Shown: piece after piece, positions 37,505-49,920 of the stretch | Position numbering within the stretch: position 1 is the first letter of the stretch | How the letters are laid out: each line of letters begins with the position of its first letter | Origin: Eledone cirrhosa | Lineage: Eukaryota | DNA length: 64,000 bases | Assembly (NCBI GenBank): GCA_964016885.1 | Contig: OZ024740.1 | Span: 363,010,001-363,074,000, forward strand | Reading direction: 5' to 3' | Translations under genes and position numbers: made by a program | Notes under the pieces: model-generated | Seen by the model: the letters and a program-made list of their open reading frames with translations, nothing else | The model's database searches: none | Told to the model about the DNA's origin: nothing

Positions 37505-38824
37505 TATATAAATAAATATATATATATATATATATATATAACGAAGGAAATGTGGTAAGGAACCAGGTGGACCATAACGCACCAAAGTACTCAATACTTG
37601 AGGTAGTAGAGTGGGTAATAGGAACCAGTAAGACCCCGACAGCTGAGCTCAAGCCGTTTCGACGGCTAATTCTGGACTAAATGAACATTTATCCTGGTAT
37701 TTAAATAGCCGATCTTCTCAAGGGGTAATTCCATATATGGTCAAAGTGATTGTCAAAAATCAGTAGTAATTCTGTGGTTGCAAATTAGTAGGGGAGATGG
37801 TGGCTAAACCTGCCAGTAGGAGAAAGAGGGGAGGGGGTGGAGTAGACCCAATCAAGCGTTGGTAGTGCCAGCTACAGCTGGGCATGAGGTCAAAGAAGAT
37901 ACAGGGGAGGGGGAGGGGGAGGAAGTCGGAACGGTAGGTAGAACAATGGGGGGTAAAAATAGGAAAGAAAAAATACTGAGAGTGAAGAAAAGCAAAAAAG
38001 TGTAAAGAAAAAATTAAATTCTACGACCTAGGTGTCAGGCTATTGTTAGGCGAGAATAAAATAAAGAAAGAAAGAAAGAAGTAAATAAATAAATAAATAA
38101 ATAAATAAGGAAATAAGTAAAAGAACTAGGTGGGACGAATTAAGCAAGGACCCTTTTAAGAGGTATAAGTACGTAAATGATACGGTGACTGGTCAACAAA
38201 AGGGGCCAAAATACTAAAGAGACTACCACGAAATAAACAATAAAGGTTTCCATCCCGGGCCAGCAACGACCCAGTGCAGCAAAGTGAACTTGTACGACAT
38301 AATAATTCTGAGTCCCGGGAAAAATATATACTAATGCTAACTCTAAAAGATCTAAAACAAGCTACATGAAAGTTCGTACGAAATAAAGGTAGAATACGGA
38401 GAAATAAGTTCAGAATCCACCCCGCCCAGAAGAAAAGCGAAGCAAGAAATACTGAAACGAAAAAATAAGGCATAAGTGCCACTAAGAAATAAAGAGGGCA
38501 CAGAGAATAGTGGGAGCGGTCGGAAAAGGGGGGCAAGTATCCGGGGTCTAAGCCAACTGCTATAAAGGGCGGAGTCCGCCAAATCTATCAAAGACTAGGG
38601 GAGGGGGGAGTGGGGGTACTAAGGCTACATGGGGCCAAAGGGCAGCCTCGGGTGGGCGAGAAAAGACGCCGACAAAGGAGAAGAGCTGGGGTAGAAGGAC
38701 AAAGGAGAGAGGGGGGAAGGAAATAAAGGATGCGATAAAAGAATACAAAGAAGATCTTACGTCTTCCTTGGCAAGCAGGGGTTACCCATTGCAAAATCGG
38801 CAACTGGGGTGTTAAAGCCCTAGT

Positions 38825-40350
38825 CTACCCCCCCGGGTCATTATGGGGTTTGAGGGCGAGGTAAGTCCTACGCAATCTATGTTTACATGCAGTAACCAGT
38901 TCATCTTTCTTGTTTAGGAGTTGGTCCGTCGAAAACAGCATTTGTAAAGTTTCCTCCGAGCATAAATTGCACGGACGGCGTCCTCCCGTGTAAGAATTGG
39001 CTCTGGACAGTAATCTCCAAGTGAGATCATAGGTGATGTTGTTGTCCTTGAGGTCCCATATGTGGCCCGAAAGTGTAGTGGCGTGACGCCGGGCCGGGTT
39101 TCGGAAGGTATGTCTATGTTGGTATAGCCGGGTCTTGAAGTCACATGCGGTAAGTCCTATATAGGCTTTGTTGGAGGTATCCGTCCTCACGTTGCACTGG
39201 TAGATCACATTACGGTCTCTGCATCTATTGTCGAGTGGGCAAATAGATCTATCCGGGCAGTTACACCTCCTGGTCGGTTCTCCACTGCTATTTAGGTTAT
39301 TTCTGCCATCGGGGTTGAGTTTTTTGTTGTTAGAGGAGACGATGTTTTGTGCGAAGTTTGGTGTAGTGCTGTAAGAGAGTTTGATGGTATTTTTGTTAAT
39401 TATGTTGTGGTAGCGGTGTTGTAATGGGAAGTGTTTTTCAATGAGCCTAAAGAATAGTTTCCCGATGGGAGTAGTCACCTCTGCGTTGTGGGGAGGATTG
39501 AACCATGTTACATTGCGTGAGCGGCGGTGTCTCCTGCTGGTTCCGCTAATGGGATCTGGACAGTAGGATATTTCCTCCCGGAAACCACTCCGCTTGAGGG
39601 CCTGGTTGTAATAAGGCGCATGTTCATCGAATATCCGCTCATTAGCTGACAAACGGGATATGCGGAGGGAGATGTTTTTGACCAGGTTGTTTGTGATGTT
39701 CCTAGGATGGTTTGATCGGCGGTGGATGTAGTGCAGATTGTCATTAGGTTTCCTGTATGGGTAGTACAGGTCGTTTTCGAGGTCGAGGGTTACGTCCAGG
39801 AAGTTTACTCGGGTCAGGGACGTTTGTAGGGTTATTTTAAATCCCCAGTCGCGGAAGAATCTGATTAATTGTTTCCGGACCCGATCTGTACTACTGGGGT
39901 TGTACCCTTTAAGGGTAAGGAGCCCATCATCACGGTACAATCCACCACCGAATGCAGGAAACATATCAGTGAGTTTGGCTATTAGGAATAATCCTATAAG
40001 ATCAGTGACCTCCGCCGAATCCGTGGCGCCCATGCTGACGTCGAAGGGTGAGTCGGGAGCTCTTTTTATCCATTTAGAGTCGTCAAAGAGTAAGACTGTC
40101 TTCCTGGCGTGGAGGATGATTTTTCTTTCCTGGTCGGTGATGGGCACGAGTGTTTCGGCGAAGTCCAAGGCGGCAGTAAGTAGCGGTAAGGTGATTGAAG
40201 CATAGTAGCTCTCTATGTCGAACTGTATGAATTTAGTTTCTCGTTTATCCTCCATATTGCTGAACCAGGAGATTACTTCCTGGGTGTTGATCCATAGGCT
40301 AAGTCGGGTGTGTTGCTTGACTTTTGGTATCACGCGGTCTAGGATTTTTT
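38825..40350 (-). pseudogene. 5'-truncated family B RT/GIY-YIG ORF
   Basis: Same translation as the C-terminal ~500 aa of 12778-14931. Confidence 0.93.
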
Positions 40351-41799
40351 TGGTTCAGCAATATGGAGGATAAACGAGAAACTAAATTCATACAGTTCGA
40401 CATAGAGAGCTACTATGCTTCAATCACCTTACCGCTACTTACTGCCGCCTTGGACTTCGCCGAAACACTCGTGCCCATCACCGACCAGGAAAGAAAAATC
40501 ATCCTCCACGCCAGGAAGACAGTCTTACTCTTTGACGACTCTAAATGGATAAAAAGAGCTCCCGACTCACCCTTCGACGTCAGCATGGGCGCCACGGATT
40601 CGGCGGAGGTCACTGATCTTATAGGATTATTCCTAATAGCCAAACTCACTGATATGTTTCCTGCATTCGGTGGTGGATTGTACCGTGATGATGGGCTCCT
40701 TACCCTTAAAGGGTACAACCCCAGTAGTACAGATCGGGTCCGGAAACAATTAATCAGATTCTTCCGCGACTGGGGATTTAAAATAACCCTACAAACGTCC
40801 CTGACCCGAGTAAACTTCCTGGACGTAACCCTCGACCTCGAAAACGACCTGTACTACCCATACAGGAAACCTAATGACAATCTGCACTACATCCACCGCC
40901 GATCAAACCATCCTAGGAACATCACAAACAACCTGGTCAAAAACATCTCCCTCCGCATATCCCGTTTGTCAGCTAATGAGCGGATATTCGATGAACATGC
41001 GCCTTATTACAACCAGGCCCTCAAGCGGAGTGGTTTCCGGGAGGAAATATCCTACTGTCCAGATCCCATTAGCGGAACCAGCAGGAGACACCGCCGCTCA
41101 CGCAATGTAACATGGTTCAATCCTCCCCACAACGCAGAGGTGACTACTCCCATCGGGAAACTATTCTTTAGGCTCATTGAAAAACACTTCCCATTACAAC
41201 ACCGCTACCACAACATAATTAACAAAAATACCATCAAACTCTCTTACAGCACTACACCAAACTTCGCACAAAACATCGTCTCCTCTAACAACAAAAAACT
41301 CAACCCCGATGGCAGAAATAACCTAAATAGCAGTGGAGAACCGACCAGGAGGTGTAACTGCCCGGATAGATCTATTTGCCCACTCGACAATAGATGCAGA
41401 GACCGTAATGTGATCTACCAGTGCAACGTGAGGACGGATACCTCCAACAAAGCCTATATAGGACTTACCGCATGTGACTTCAAGACCCGGCTATACCAAC
41501 ATAGACATACCTTCCGAAACCCGGCCCGGCGTCACGCCACTACACTTTCGGGCCACATATGGGACCTCAAGGACAACAACATCACCTATGATCTCACTTG
41601 GAGATTACTGTCCAGAGCCAATTCTTACACGGGAGGACGCCGTCCGTGCAATTTATGCTCGGAGGAAACTTTACAAATGCTGTTTTCGACGGACCAACTC
41701 CTAAACAAGAAAGATGAACTGGTTACTGCATGTAAACATAGATTGCGTAGGACTTACCTCGCCCTCAAACCCCATAATGACCCGGGGGGGGTAGACTAG
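40351..41799 (+). pseudogene. 5'-truncated family B RT/GIY-YIG ORF (inverted arm)
   Basis: Same protein from WFSNMEDK onward. An extra G in the terminal G-run extends the end to PGGVD*. Confidence 0.93.
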
Positions 41800-42892
41800 G
41801 GCTTTAACACCCCAGTTGCCGATTTTGCAATGGGTAACCCCTGCTTGCCAAGGAAGACGTAAGATCTTCTTTGTATTCTTTTATCGCATCCTTTATTTCC
41901 TTCCCCCCTCTCTCCTTTGTCCTTCTACCCCAGCTCTTCTCCTTTGTCGGCGTCTTTTCTCGCCCACCCGAGGCTGCCCTTTGGCCCCATGTAGCCTTAG
42001 TACCCCCACTCCCCCCTCCCCTAGTCTTTGATAGATTTGGCGGACTCCGCCCTTTATAGCAGTTGGCTTAGACCCCGGATACTTGCCCCCCTTTTCCGAC
42101 CGCTCCCACTATTCTCTGTGCCCTCTTTATTTCTTAGTGGCACTTATGCCTTATTTTTTCGTTTCAGTATTTCTTGCTTCGCTTTTCTTCTGGGCGGGGT
42201 GGATTCTGAACTTATTTCTCCGTATTCTACCTTTATTTCGTACGAACTTTCATGTAGCTTGTTTTAGATCTTTTAGAGTCAGCATTAGTATATATTTTTC
42301 CCGGGACTCAGAATTATTATGTCGTACAAGTTCACTTTGCTGCACTGGGTCGTTGCTGGCCCGGGATGGAAACCTTTATTGTTTATTTCGTGGTAGTCTC
42401 TTTAGTATTTTGGCCCCTTTTGTTGACCAGTCACCGTATCATTTACGTACTTATACCTCTTAAAAGGGTCCTTGCTTAATTCGTCCCACCTAGTTCTTTT
42501 ACTTATTTCCTTATTTATTTATTTATTTATTTATTTACTTCTTTCTTTCTTTCTTTATTTTATTCTCGCCTAACAATAGCCTGACACCTAGGTCGTAGAA
42601 TTTAATTTTTTCTTTACACTTTTTTGCTTTTCTTCACTCTCAGTATTTTTTCTTTCCTATTTTTACCCCCCATTGTTCTACCTACCGTTCCGACTTCCTC
42701 CCCCTCCCCCTCCCCTGTATCTTCTTTGACCTCATGCCCAGCTGTAGCTGGCACTACCAACGCTTGATTGGGTCTACTCCACCCCCTCCCCTCTTTCTCC
42801 TACTGGCAGGTTTAGCCACCATCTCCCCTACTAATTTGCAACCACAGAATTACTACTGATTTTTGACAATCACTTTGACCATATATGGAATT

Positions 42893-42986
42893 ACCCCTTG
42901 AGAAGATCGGCTATTTAAATACCAGGATAAATGTTCATTTAGTCCAGAATTAGCCGTCGAAACGGCTTGAGCTCAGCTGTCGGGGT
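42893..42986 (+). ncRNA. Type I hammerhead ribozyme, family B (U3-A8 core)
   Basis: ACCCC-UUGAGAA-GA(U)CGGCUA~UAGCCGUC-GAAA-CGGC-UUGAGCUCA-GCUG-UC^GGGGU. Cleavage predicted after 42981. Confidence 0.9.
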
Positions 42987-42996
42987 CTTACTGGTT

Positions 42997-43086
<90 letters not shown>

Positions 43087-43089
<3 letters not shown>

Positions 43090-43235
43090 CGAAGGAAATG
43101 TGGTAAGGAACCAGGTGGACCATAACGCACCAAAGTACTCAATACTTGAGGTAGTAGAGTGGGTAATAGGAACCAGTAAGACCCCGACAGCTGAGCTCAA
43201 GCCGTTTCGACGGCTAATTCTGGACGGCTAATTCT
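43087..43235 (-). mobile_element. Severely truncated family B 3' end (tail + half ribozyme)
   Basis: Matches 37539-37677, then repeats GACGGCTAATTCT once more. Confidence 0.9.
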
Positions 43236-43280
43236 ATACGAGTTGAAGATCCGCTAAGGTGAAACAATTGTTCTCGGTAT
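43236..43280 (+). ncRNA. Minimal type I hammerhead, family M
   Basis: AUACGAG-UUGAAGA-UCC-GCUAA-GGU-GAAA-CAAUUG-UU^CUCGGUAU. U3-G8 wobble and palindromic loop III. Confidence 0.7.
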
Positions 43281-43305
43281 GGTGAACTAACTGTTTTGTT
43301 ACTAC

Positions 43306-43389
<84 letters not shown>

Positions 43390-44269
43390 TATAAATGTAC
43401 TAAATATTTTAACAAAAAACGAGAATATAGTAAATCTATTTTCACACTGCTTTATGTTTTAAATACGTGCAAAAATATTACAACTAGAATTACGATGTAG
43501 TATAATTATTTAAAAAAATGATGTACAAACTTAATATCCTTCATTTGGCATTCGTAATTTAAACCCATTTATTTTTTAATTGCTCTGGTCTTCTTTTAGT
43601 CCATTGCGCGCTTGCCGCATATCTCGAAAATTGCGTTTCGCTTTGTTTTTGACCACAGCCGAAATACGATCTCGCTGAAATTATATTTGTATTAATCTCC
43701 CGGCCTAGCAATTAATTAGTTAATTCTATTAGACAATTCTATTAACTAATTAATTGCTTAAGTTTATTTAAAAACAACTCGGTCGAGAGCTTAATTCGAT
43801 TTGTGCATTTTTTTTGCATTTCCTGCAATACTTTTGCACATTCTGAATCCATCCGCCAAAAACCGGGGTTACCTCCCTCGCAGGGTAAACACGTGGGGTA
43901 ATCACTTCAACACTACTACTGCATTGGAACCTGCTCGCCGGCTGAGAACAAAATACCTGTTGACTAAATGACAGCCTTGTTCGATCGTTATACCAAAACC
44001 TTACAATGAAAGCAAGCAGTATAATTGATTTAGATGTCACAGAAACCTCACACTGGATTATACCATTAGTTTCCAGGAGGTCCAGGTAAATTCCTTTGTT
44101 AATCTGTTTAGCTTGCTTGGTTTTTTGGGGCTCCGGTGGCTGATAGCTTCATGACCGCCGTTTTCAGTTTGTCTGGCCTCTATAACGTATGTTAATTGCT
44201 CTGGTCTTCTTTTAGTCCATTGAGCGGTTTGTTTTTGACCACTGCCGAAATACGATCTCGCTGAAATTA

Positions 44270-44361
<92 letters not shown>

Positions 44362-45013
44362 TATACGTCACAACTCGGACACCGAATCGCGCAGGCACCA
44401 ATGTCCAATTTGTCCCCCTTCTGCGATACTTTAACCTGATTTTCTAAACTATTATATATCAATAAACGTAATGAAGGCTTAACAATTCGTCCTTGTATTA
44501 CATTCTGTTTAGCTCTACTCCTCCTCGCCAGGGACGTGTGACTAAACATCGAATGCTCACCTACAGTAACTTCACGTTACACTCCCTGGATATATATATA
44601 TATATGAATAAAGTTAGTCTTTCATCAGTGATCTTCCAACCATCATTGGTATTTCATCGCTTTAAAGACCATATACCTCCGGTTGGTGCGAGCAACGGCT
44701 AAAAAAATTCGTTGGGACACGTAAATAAAGGGGACACGAGAGTGTAAACAAACAAAGATGGTGAAGCAACGAAAAGTGAGGAAGAACGAGTCAAGTCCCA
44801 AATTTCCATGAATATAAGTTCGGTGAAATCGTGAACGAGAGAGAATAAAGACCATCAAACCTGGTTGGAATGTGAGCAAGGAAGGAATTCCGTACAGGTC
44901 TAACGGGAGGAAGAAGGAATCTAGTCTGTGAATTCGGTGAACATAAGTTCTGTGAAATCGTAGACGAGAGAGAGAAAAAAAGCGAACCTGCCTGACCAAG
45001 GGTGCATATATAT

Positions 45014-45423
45014 ATATATTGGTAAAAGGAAATGAAAATGCTGACAAATTGATCCCAGTGAAAAATAGTTTAATTAGGAATAAGTAAAAATTAGTAATAG
45101 TATTGGTTAGTATTCAGTTTTGGTTTTAAGTTTTACCGGTTGCGCATTTCTAATACTTTTCAAAAATAATTTTGAGATAGAGCGCCCGTGATGTTTGCTC
45201 TAATCAGATTAGAGCAAACATCACGGGCGCTCTATCTCAAAATTATTTTTGAAAAGTATTAGAAATGCGCAACCGGTAAAACTTAAAACCAAAACTGAAT
45301 ACTAACCAATACTATTACTAATTTTTACTTATTCCTAATTAAACTATTTTTCACTGGGAACAATTTGTCAGCATTTTCTTTTCCTTTTACCAATATATCA
45401 TAACTCGTGTGTTACACCTCTAT

Positions 45424-45430
<7 letters not shown>
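45014..45430 (+). mobile_element. ~385-bp near-perfect palindrome plus tail from a family A-like pLTR
   Basis: Centre at 45206, arms 45014-45205 and 45207-45398, tail to 45430, (TA)n on both sides. Confidence 0.9.
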
Positions 45431-45458
<28 letters not shown>

Positions 45459-45839
45459 ATATATATATGCAAAAAGTAAAAGGAAACAAGAAGGCAAGCA
45501 GCACAGCACAATGAAGAAGTATATAAGATTAACACTTGATATAGTAGAAAAAGTGTATTTACGTTTCGGACATTAGACATGTATAAGAAGATAGAATGAG
45601 AAATAAAAGAAGAAATAGAACGATAGAAGCAGAAGGAGCGGAAAAAATATTTTGAGAGAAAGTCAGCCAATTTTATGTGTGTGTGAGGTTGTGAGCACGT
45701 GTGTGTGTCTGTGTATGTGTGTGAAAATTAAAATTTCACTATTTATGTATATATATATATACATATACATACATTTGAAATATATATATATATATTTTTT
45801 CAAATATACCTAACTGTACCAAGGATACACACATTTTCC

Positions 45840-45904
<65 letters not shown>

Positions 45905-46164
45905 CTTCACCAATTTATTTACAAATGTACCCATCAGTTGGTAACTTTGCTAGCGACAACCTTTATATGTTGAATCTGTGGTTGGTCGGTTGTTCATTTG
46001 ATTTTTTTATCTCAGTCTAAGATATCACAACCAAACCGTATAGTCTAGTCTCTTCTCAAGCGTAAGTTCTGGCGAATGTGCGTGTGTTTATGCTACTTAT
46101 GTGTATATATATATATATGTGTGTGCGTGTGTGTGTGTACACACATATATATATATATATATAT

Positions 46165-46216
<52 letters not shown>

Positions 46217-47689
46217 ATGTGCGTGTTTGTCTGTGTCAGTGAATGAGTATGCGTGTATGGGAGTTTGTGTGTATGTCTGGGTTTTAAGTTTCTACATGAA
46301 TACACACCATCACGTATGTCGGCATATAAATGTATCTACAGCTTGGGTCAGGTCTTAGTATACCATTTTCAAGCATCCTAACACACACATACACACACAC
46401 ACGCACACACACACACACACGCACACACACATACACACACACACACATACATACATGATGGCTGCAACTCTATCTCGAGTAATGCCGTCGATTGCTACCT
46501 AAGTATAAGCATCATGGACGTGGCTTTTTAGTCCTGCTAGGAACTTGCCTATGGCCAGCAATGCCATGCATTGCAAAAAATGTCATATATCAAGTGATGC
46601 CTCGGCTTAAAGCTTTTTTAAGTGAGGAAAGGCTTTGCACGGAGCCAATCCCACTCTCTGAACATCGAATACATTTGCCCAAAAAGTAGAACTGGTCTTC
46701 ATTATTGGATGCAAACAAAGTTGCAGGTTTTATATGAGAGTGACTTTCTCTTAGAGAGATGTCTTAAGGAACACGAGTAGTCTCTCGCTCCACAAAACAA
46801 AGTACTTTATTTCACGGCTGTTGACTCTCCTGAGTTTCTCCGCCCTTTGACGGGTCTTGTTTTTCATCCGGGGGGGGGGGGGTCCATTCACATATACATA
46901 CATAAATCCATACATACATACACATATACATGCGCATATACATGCACATAGTTATATACATATATGTAGACATGCATATAGATGTACACACATGTATTTA
47001 CATATATATAGATATCACATGTTGCACACATACACATACATCCATCCATACATACATACATACATGATTGCTGTCCCCTCGTTATCGAGTACGGCCATTG
47101 CAGGAAAAAAAAAGAACACACATATCTATTAATAATTATTTCTACTTTTGGCACAAGGCCAGCAATTTTCCCAGTGTATTACTGGTACTTTATTTTATCG
47201 ACCCCGTAAGGATGAAAGGCAAAGTTAACCTCGGCGGGATTTGAACTCAGACCATAAAGGGCCGTAACTCTTTGCTGCAAAGCATGGCGTCCGACCCTCT
47301 ACCGATACTGCCAATCCACCGCCCTTATCTATTATCCACCAATCCACATATCTATTAATAATAAACGGTACTGCAATCGAATATGGATTTTTAGCCCAGC
47401 CAATGATCTAAAATGTCTTGTACAGAGTTGGCAACCAAAACATTCACTGGCAATAGCCGGCTGTAGTTGAACTTCATGTACTTTTGCATGTCGTTTGAGC
47501 CCTCCTGCTGATCTACAGGTATGATGAGTAGTATCTCCGACAGCAGCCTGGTATTCAACCACTGGTCTCACTTTATGACTGCGAAGATGTCTTTCGAATT
47601 CATACATACATGGTGGCTGCCAACTCGTTTTCGACTACGGCCACTACTTTATATCCATGTAGGAGAACCCCTACCGATGCGCTGAACGA

Positions 47690-48185
47690 GTGTGGCTTTT
47701 TAGTCCAGCCAGCGACTTGAAACCTCTGGTACAGACACTACACTTGTGATAATTATTGACACATAGTGCTGGGCCCATGGTACCATGTAACGACAAGTGC
47801 AGAGAGATCTCCAAATATAAAGCAATGCCTGTGTCGTGAAGCTTTTATAGTGAGCAAAGGCACTGAACAAAGCCAGTCCCACTCTTTTAACCAAGATGAT
47901 ATTTACCAAAAAGAAGAAGAAGGCAACATCATTGGATTCCATCAGAGTTGCAGGTATTATATCAGAGTTTTCCTTCTCCTAGAATTCTGCCTTGACAAAG
48001 GCTAAGGGGTCATCTCTCCCGGTGATTTTGGATGGCCATTGACTCTTAAGAGCTCCTTTGCACTTTGACAGGTTTTGTTTTTAGTCCTGCAGGATGTTCA
48101 AAGTCACCCTCCTCACCAAGAAACCTTGGTGGGGTTGCCAATTTAGTCGCCAACGACCCGACCATGGGACAGGTTGTACTGGAAT
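47690..48185 (-). mobile_element. Probable RTE-like LINE 5' fragment (related piece at ~46520-46868)
   Basis: Shared blocks GTGGCTTTTAGTCC, AAGCTTTT..AGTGAG.AAAGGC..CCACTCT and CTTTGAC.GG..TTGTTTT. Confidence 0.45.
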
Positions 48186-48767
48186 ACATACATACATAGC
48201 TACATATATATATTTGAGCGACTTCGGTCCGCCACACAATGTGTGTGTGTGTGTTCGTGTGAATGTATGTGTGTGAAAAAGGAAGGCAGGGGATGGTGAA
48301 AAGAAACTATAGCAAAACAGCAGATGGCGTTCCATTTGCTGCGCTGTGTGAGTGTATATGTGTGTTTGTGTAAATGCATGTGTGTGTGTGTGTCTGTGTT
48401 TGTGAGAATGTATGCGCGTGTTTGTATGAATTTATGTGTATTTGTGTCTTTTTGTAAGTGTCTCTGTGTTTGCGCGTTTATGTTTATATACTCATACATA
48501 TAAATGTTCGCATATGCACACATACACACACGCACATACACATACACGTTAGCGTGTTGAAAAATATTCTAGTACATACAAATCGCAATTTATATATATA
48601 TATATTTGTTGGTGGAACTGGAATTAAATATATTGGTCTTTTCACACACAAAATAATATAATTTAAACATTTGTTGCTGAAATTCTGTTGTAATCGTTTT
48701 TCTTTGATTTCAGAAGAATTAATAATAATGTTTACATTGAACATTTATGTGGTATTCATCAATAAAC

Positions 48768-49112
48768 AAAACTCATTATTTCTGAAGACGGCGGTAGATT
48801 GGCAGTATCGGTAGAGGGTCGGACGCCATGCTTTGACGCATAGAGTTACGACCCTTGCCATTCTGAGTTCAAATCCCGACGAGGTTAACTTTGCCTTTCA
48901 TCCTTACGGGGTCGATAAAATAAAGTACCAGTAATGCACTGGGTTATTGCTGGCCTTGTGCCAATAGGAGAAACAATTATTTCTGAAGACGGCGAGTAGG
49001 GAAGACGTATGTATATTTTCTTGATAATTTGTAATATATTTTACATAGATCATTAATAGAATGAACATACGGAGAACTACCCCCTAGAAACGATCGTAAA
49101 ATAATGAGTTTT
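48768..49112 (+). ncRNA. Type I hammerhead, family G2 (14-bp stem I in the pre-insertion state)
   Basis: AAAACUCAUUAUUU-CUGAAGA-[long stem II incl. CGUAUGU/ACAUACG]-GAAA-CGAUCG-UA^AAAUAAUGAGUUUU. Confidence 0.8.
48790..48980 (+). mobile_element. Full-length tRNA-SINE, family 1, with target-site duplication
   Basis: ATTATTTCTGAAGACGGCG occurs at 48775-48793 and again at 48976-48994. Confidence 0.92.
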
Positions 49113-49312
49113 ATTATGAATTAACCGTATTTTGTTTAACTATATTGTTTTCACTGTTTGTATTATTTTAACTTTACTTCCAATGAATTATATCGTTGAA
49201 ATTTTGTATTTTAAACTTTGCTTCACGACATCTACGACATGCTTCACATGTTCATACGGATTACATTGACTTCTTCATACGGCTTGGAACCTACCATTAA
49301 TTGGTGGATTTA

Positions 49313-49393
<81 letters not shown>

Positions 49394-49462
49394 ATGTGTG
49401 TATGTATATGTGTGTATATATGTGTGTATGTATATGTGTGTAAGTATATATATATATGTATA

Positions 49463-49496
<34 letters not shown>

Positions 49497-49507
49497 AATA
49501 TATATAA

Positions 49508-49551
<44 letters not shown>

Positions 49552-49632
49552 GTATATATATATATATATGTATAAAACAATGTATTTCTAAGCACTCTTT
49601 GGTTATTCCTATAACTATATATATATATATAT

Positions 49633-49816
49633 AGGTAAGTTATTCCGGGTTGAATCGGAGGTAACCACAGTAAGTAAGGTACTTAATACATAGCAGAGTA
49701 TAACAGTTTTAATATAGATGAGATTCTACAGGACTAGAAGTGTTTGATTCTTTAGAAATCATCAGATTCCTGATGATTTCTAAAGAATGAAGCAGTTCTA
49801 GTCCTGTAGAATCTCA

Positions 49817-49823
<7 letters not shown>
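49633..49823 (-). mobile_element. Asymmetric hairpin PLE end, family F, with two degenerate hammerhead cores
   Basis: Arms at 49712-49765 and 49770-49823 each begin CTGATGA-TTTCTAAAGAAT-(G/C)AA. Tail at 49633-49711, (TA)n on both sides. Confidence 0.65.
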
Positions 49824-49864
<41 letters not shown>

Positions 49865-49872
49865 GTTAATGC

Positions 49873-49912
<40 letters not shown>

Positions 49913-49920
49913 TACATAAG

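Larger units (their letters stand above)
37539..43000. mobile_element. Family B element as a large inverted repeat (two 5'-truncated copies pointing outward); hammerheads at 37633-37726 (-) and 42893-42986 (+)
   Basis: 37539-40352 (-) and 40351-43000 (+). Arms ~2.65 kb, 83-bp spacer, TG microhomology at the junction, (TA)n on both sides. Confidence 0.95.
48605..49318 (+). mobile_element. PLE end, family G2, interrupted by a SINE
   Basis: 3' terminus resembles family G1. Flanked by (TA)n. Confidence 0.7.

Noticed and set aside
45555-45585. GAAACGUA hammerhead half on the - strand
   Set aside because: No matching CUGANGA or UUGANAA core and no stem I nearby.
48790-48880. tRNA genes
   Set aside because: The A/B-box heads belong to multicopy SINEs and do not form a complete cloverleaf.
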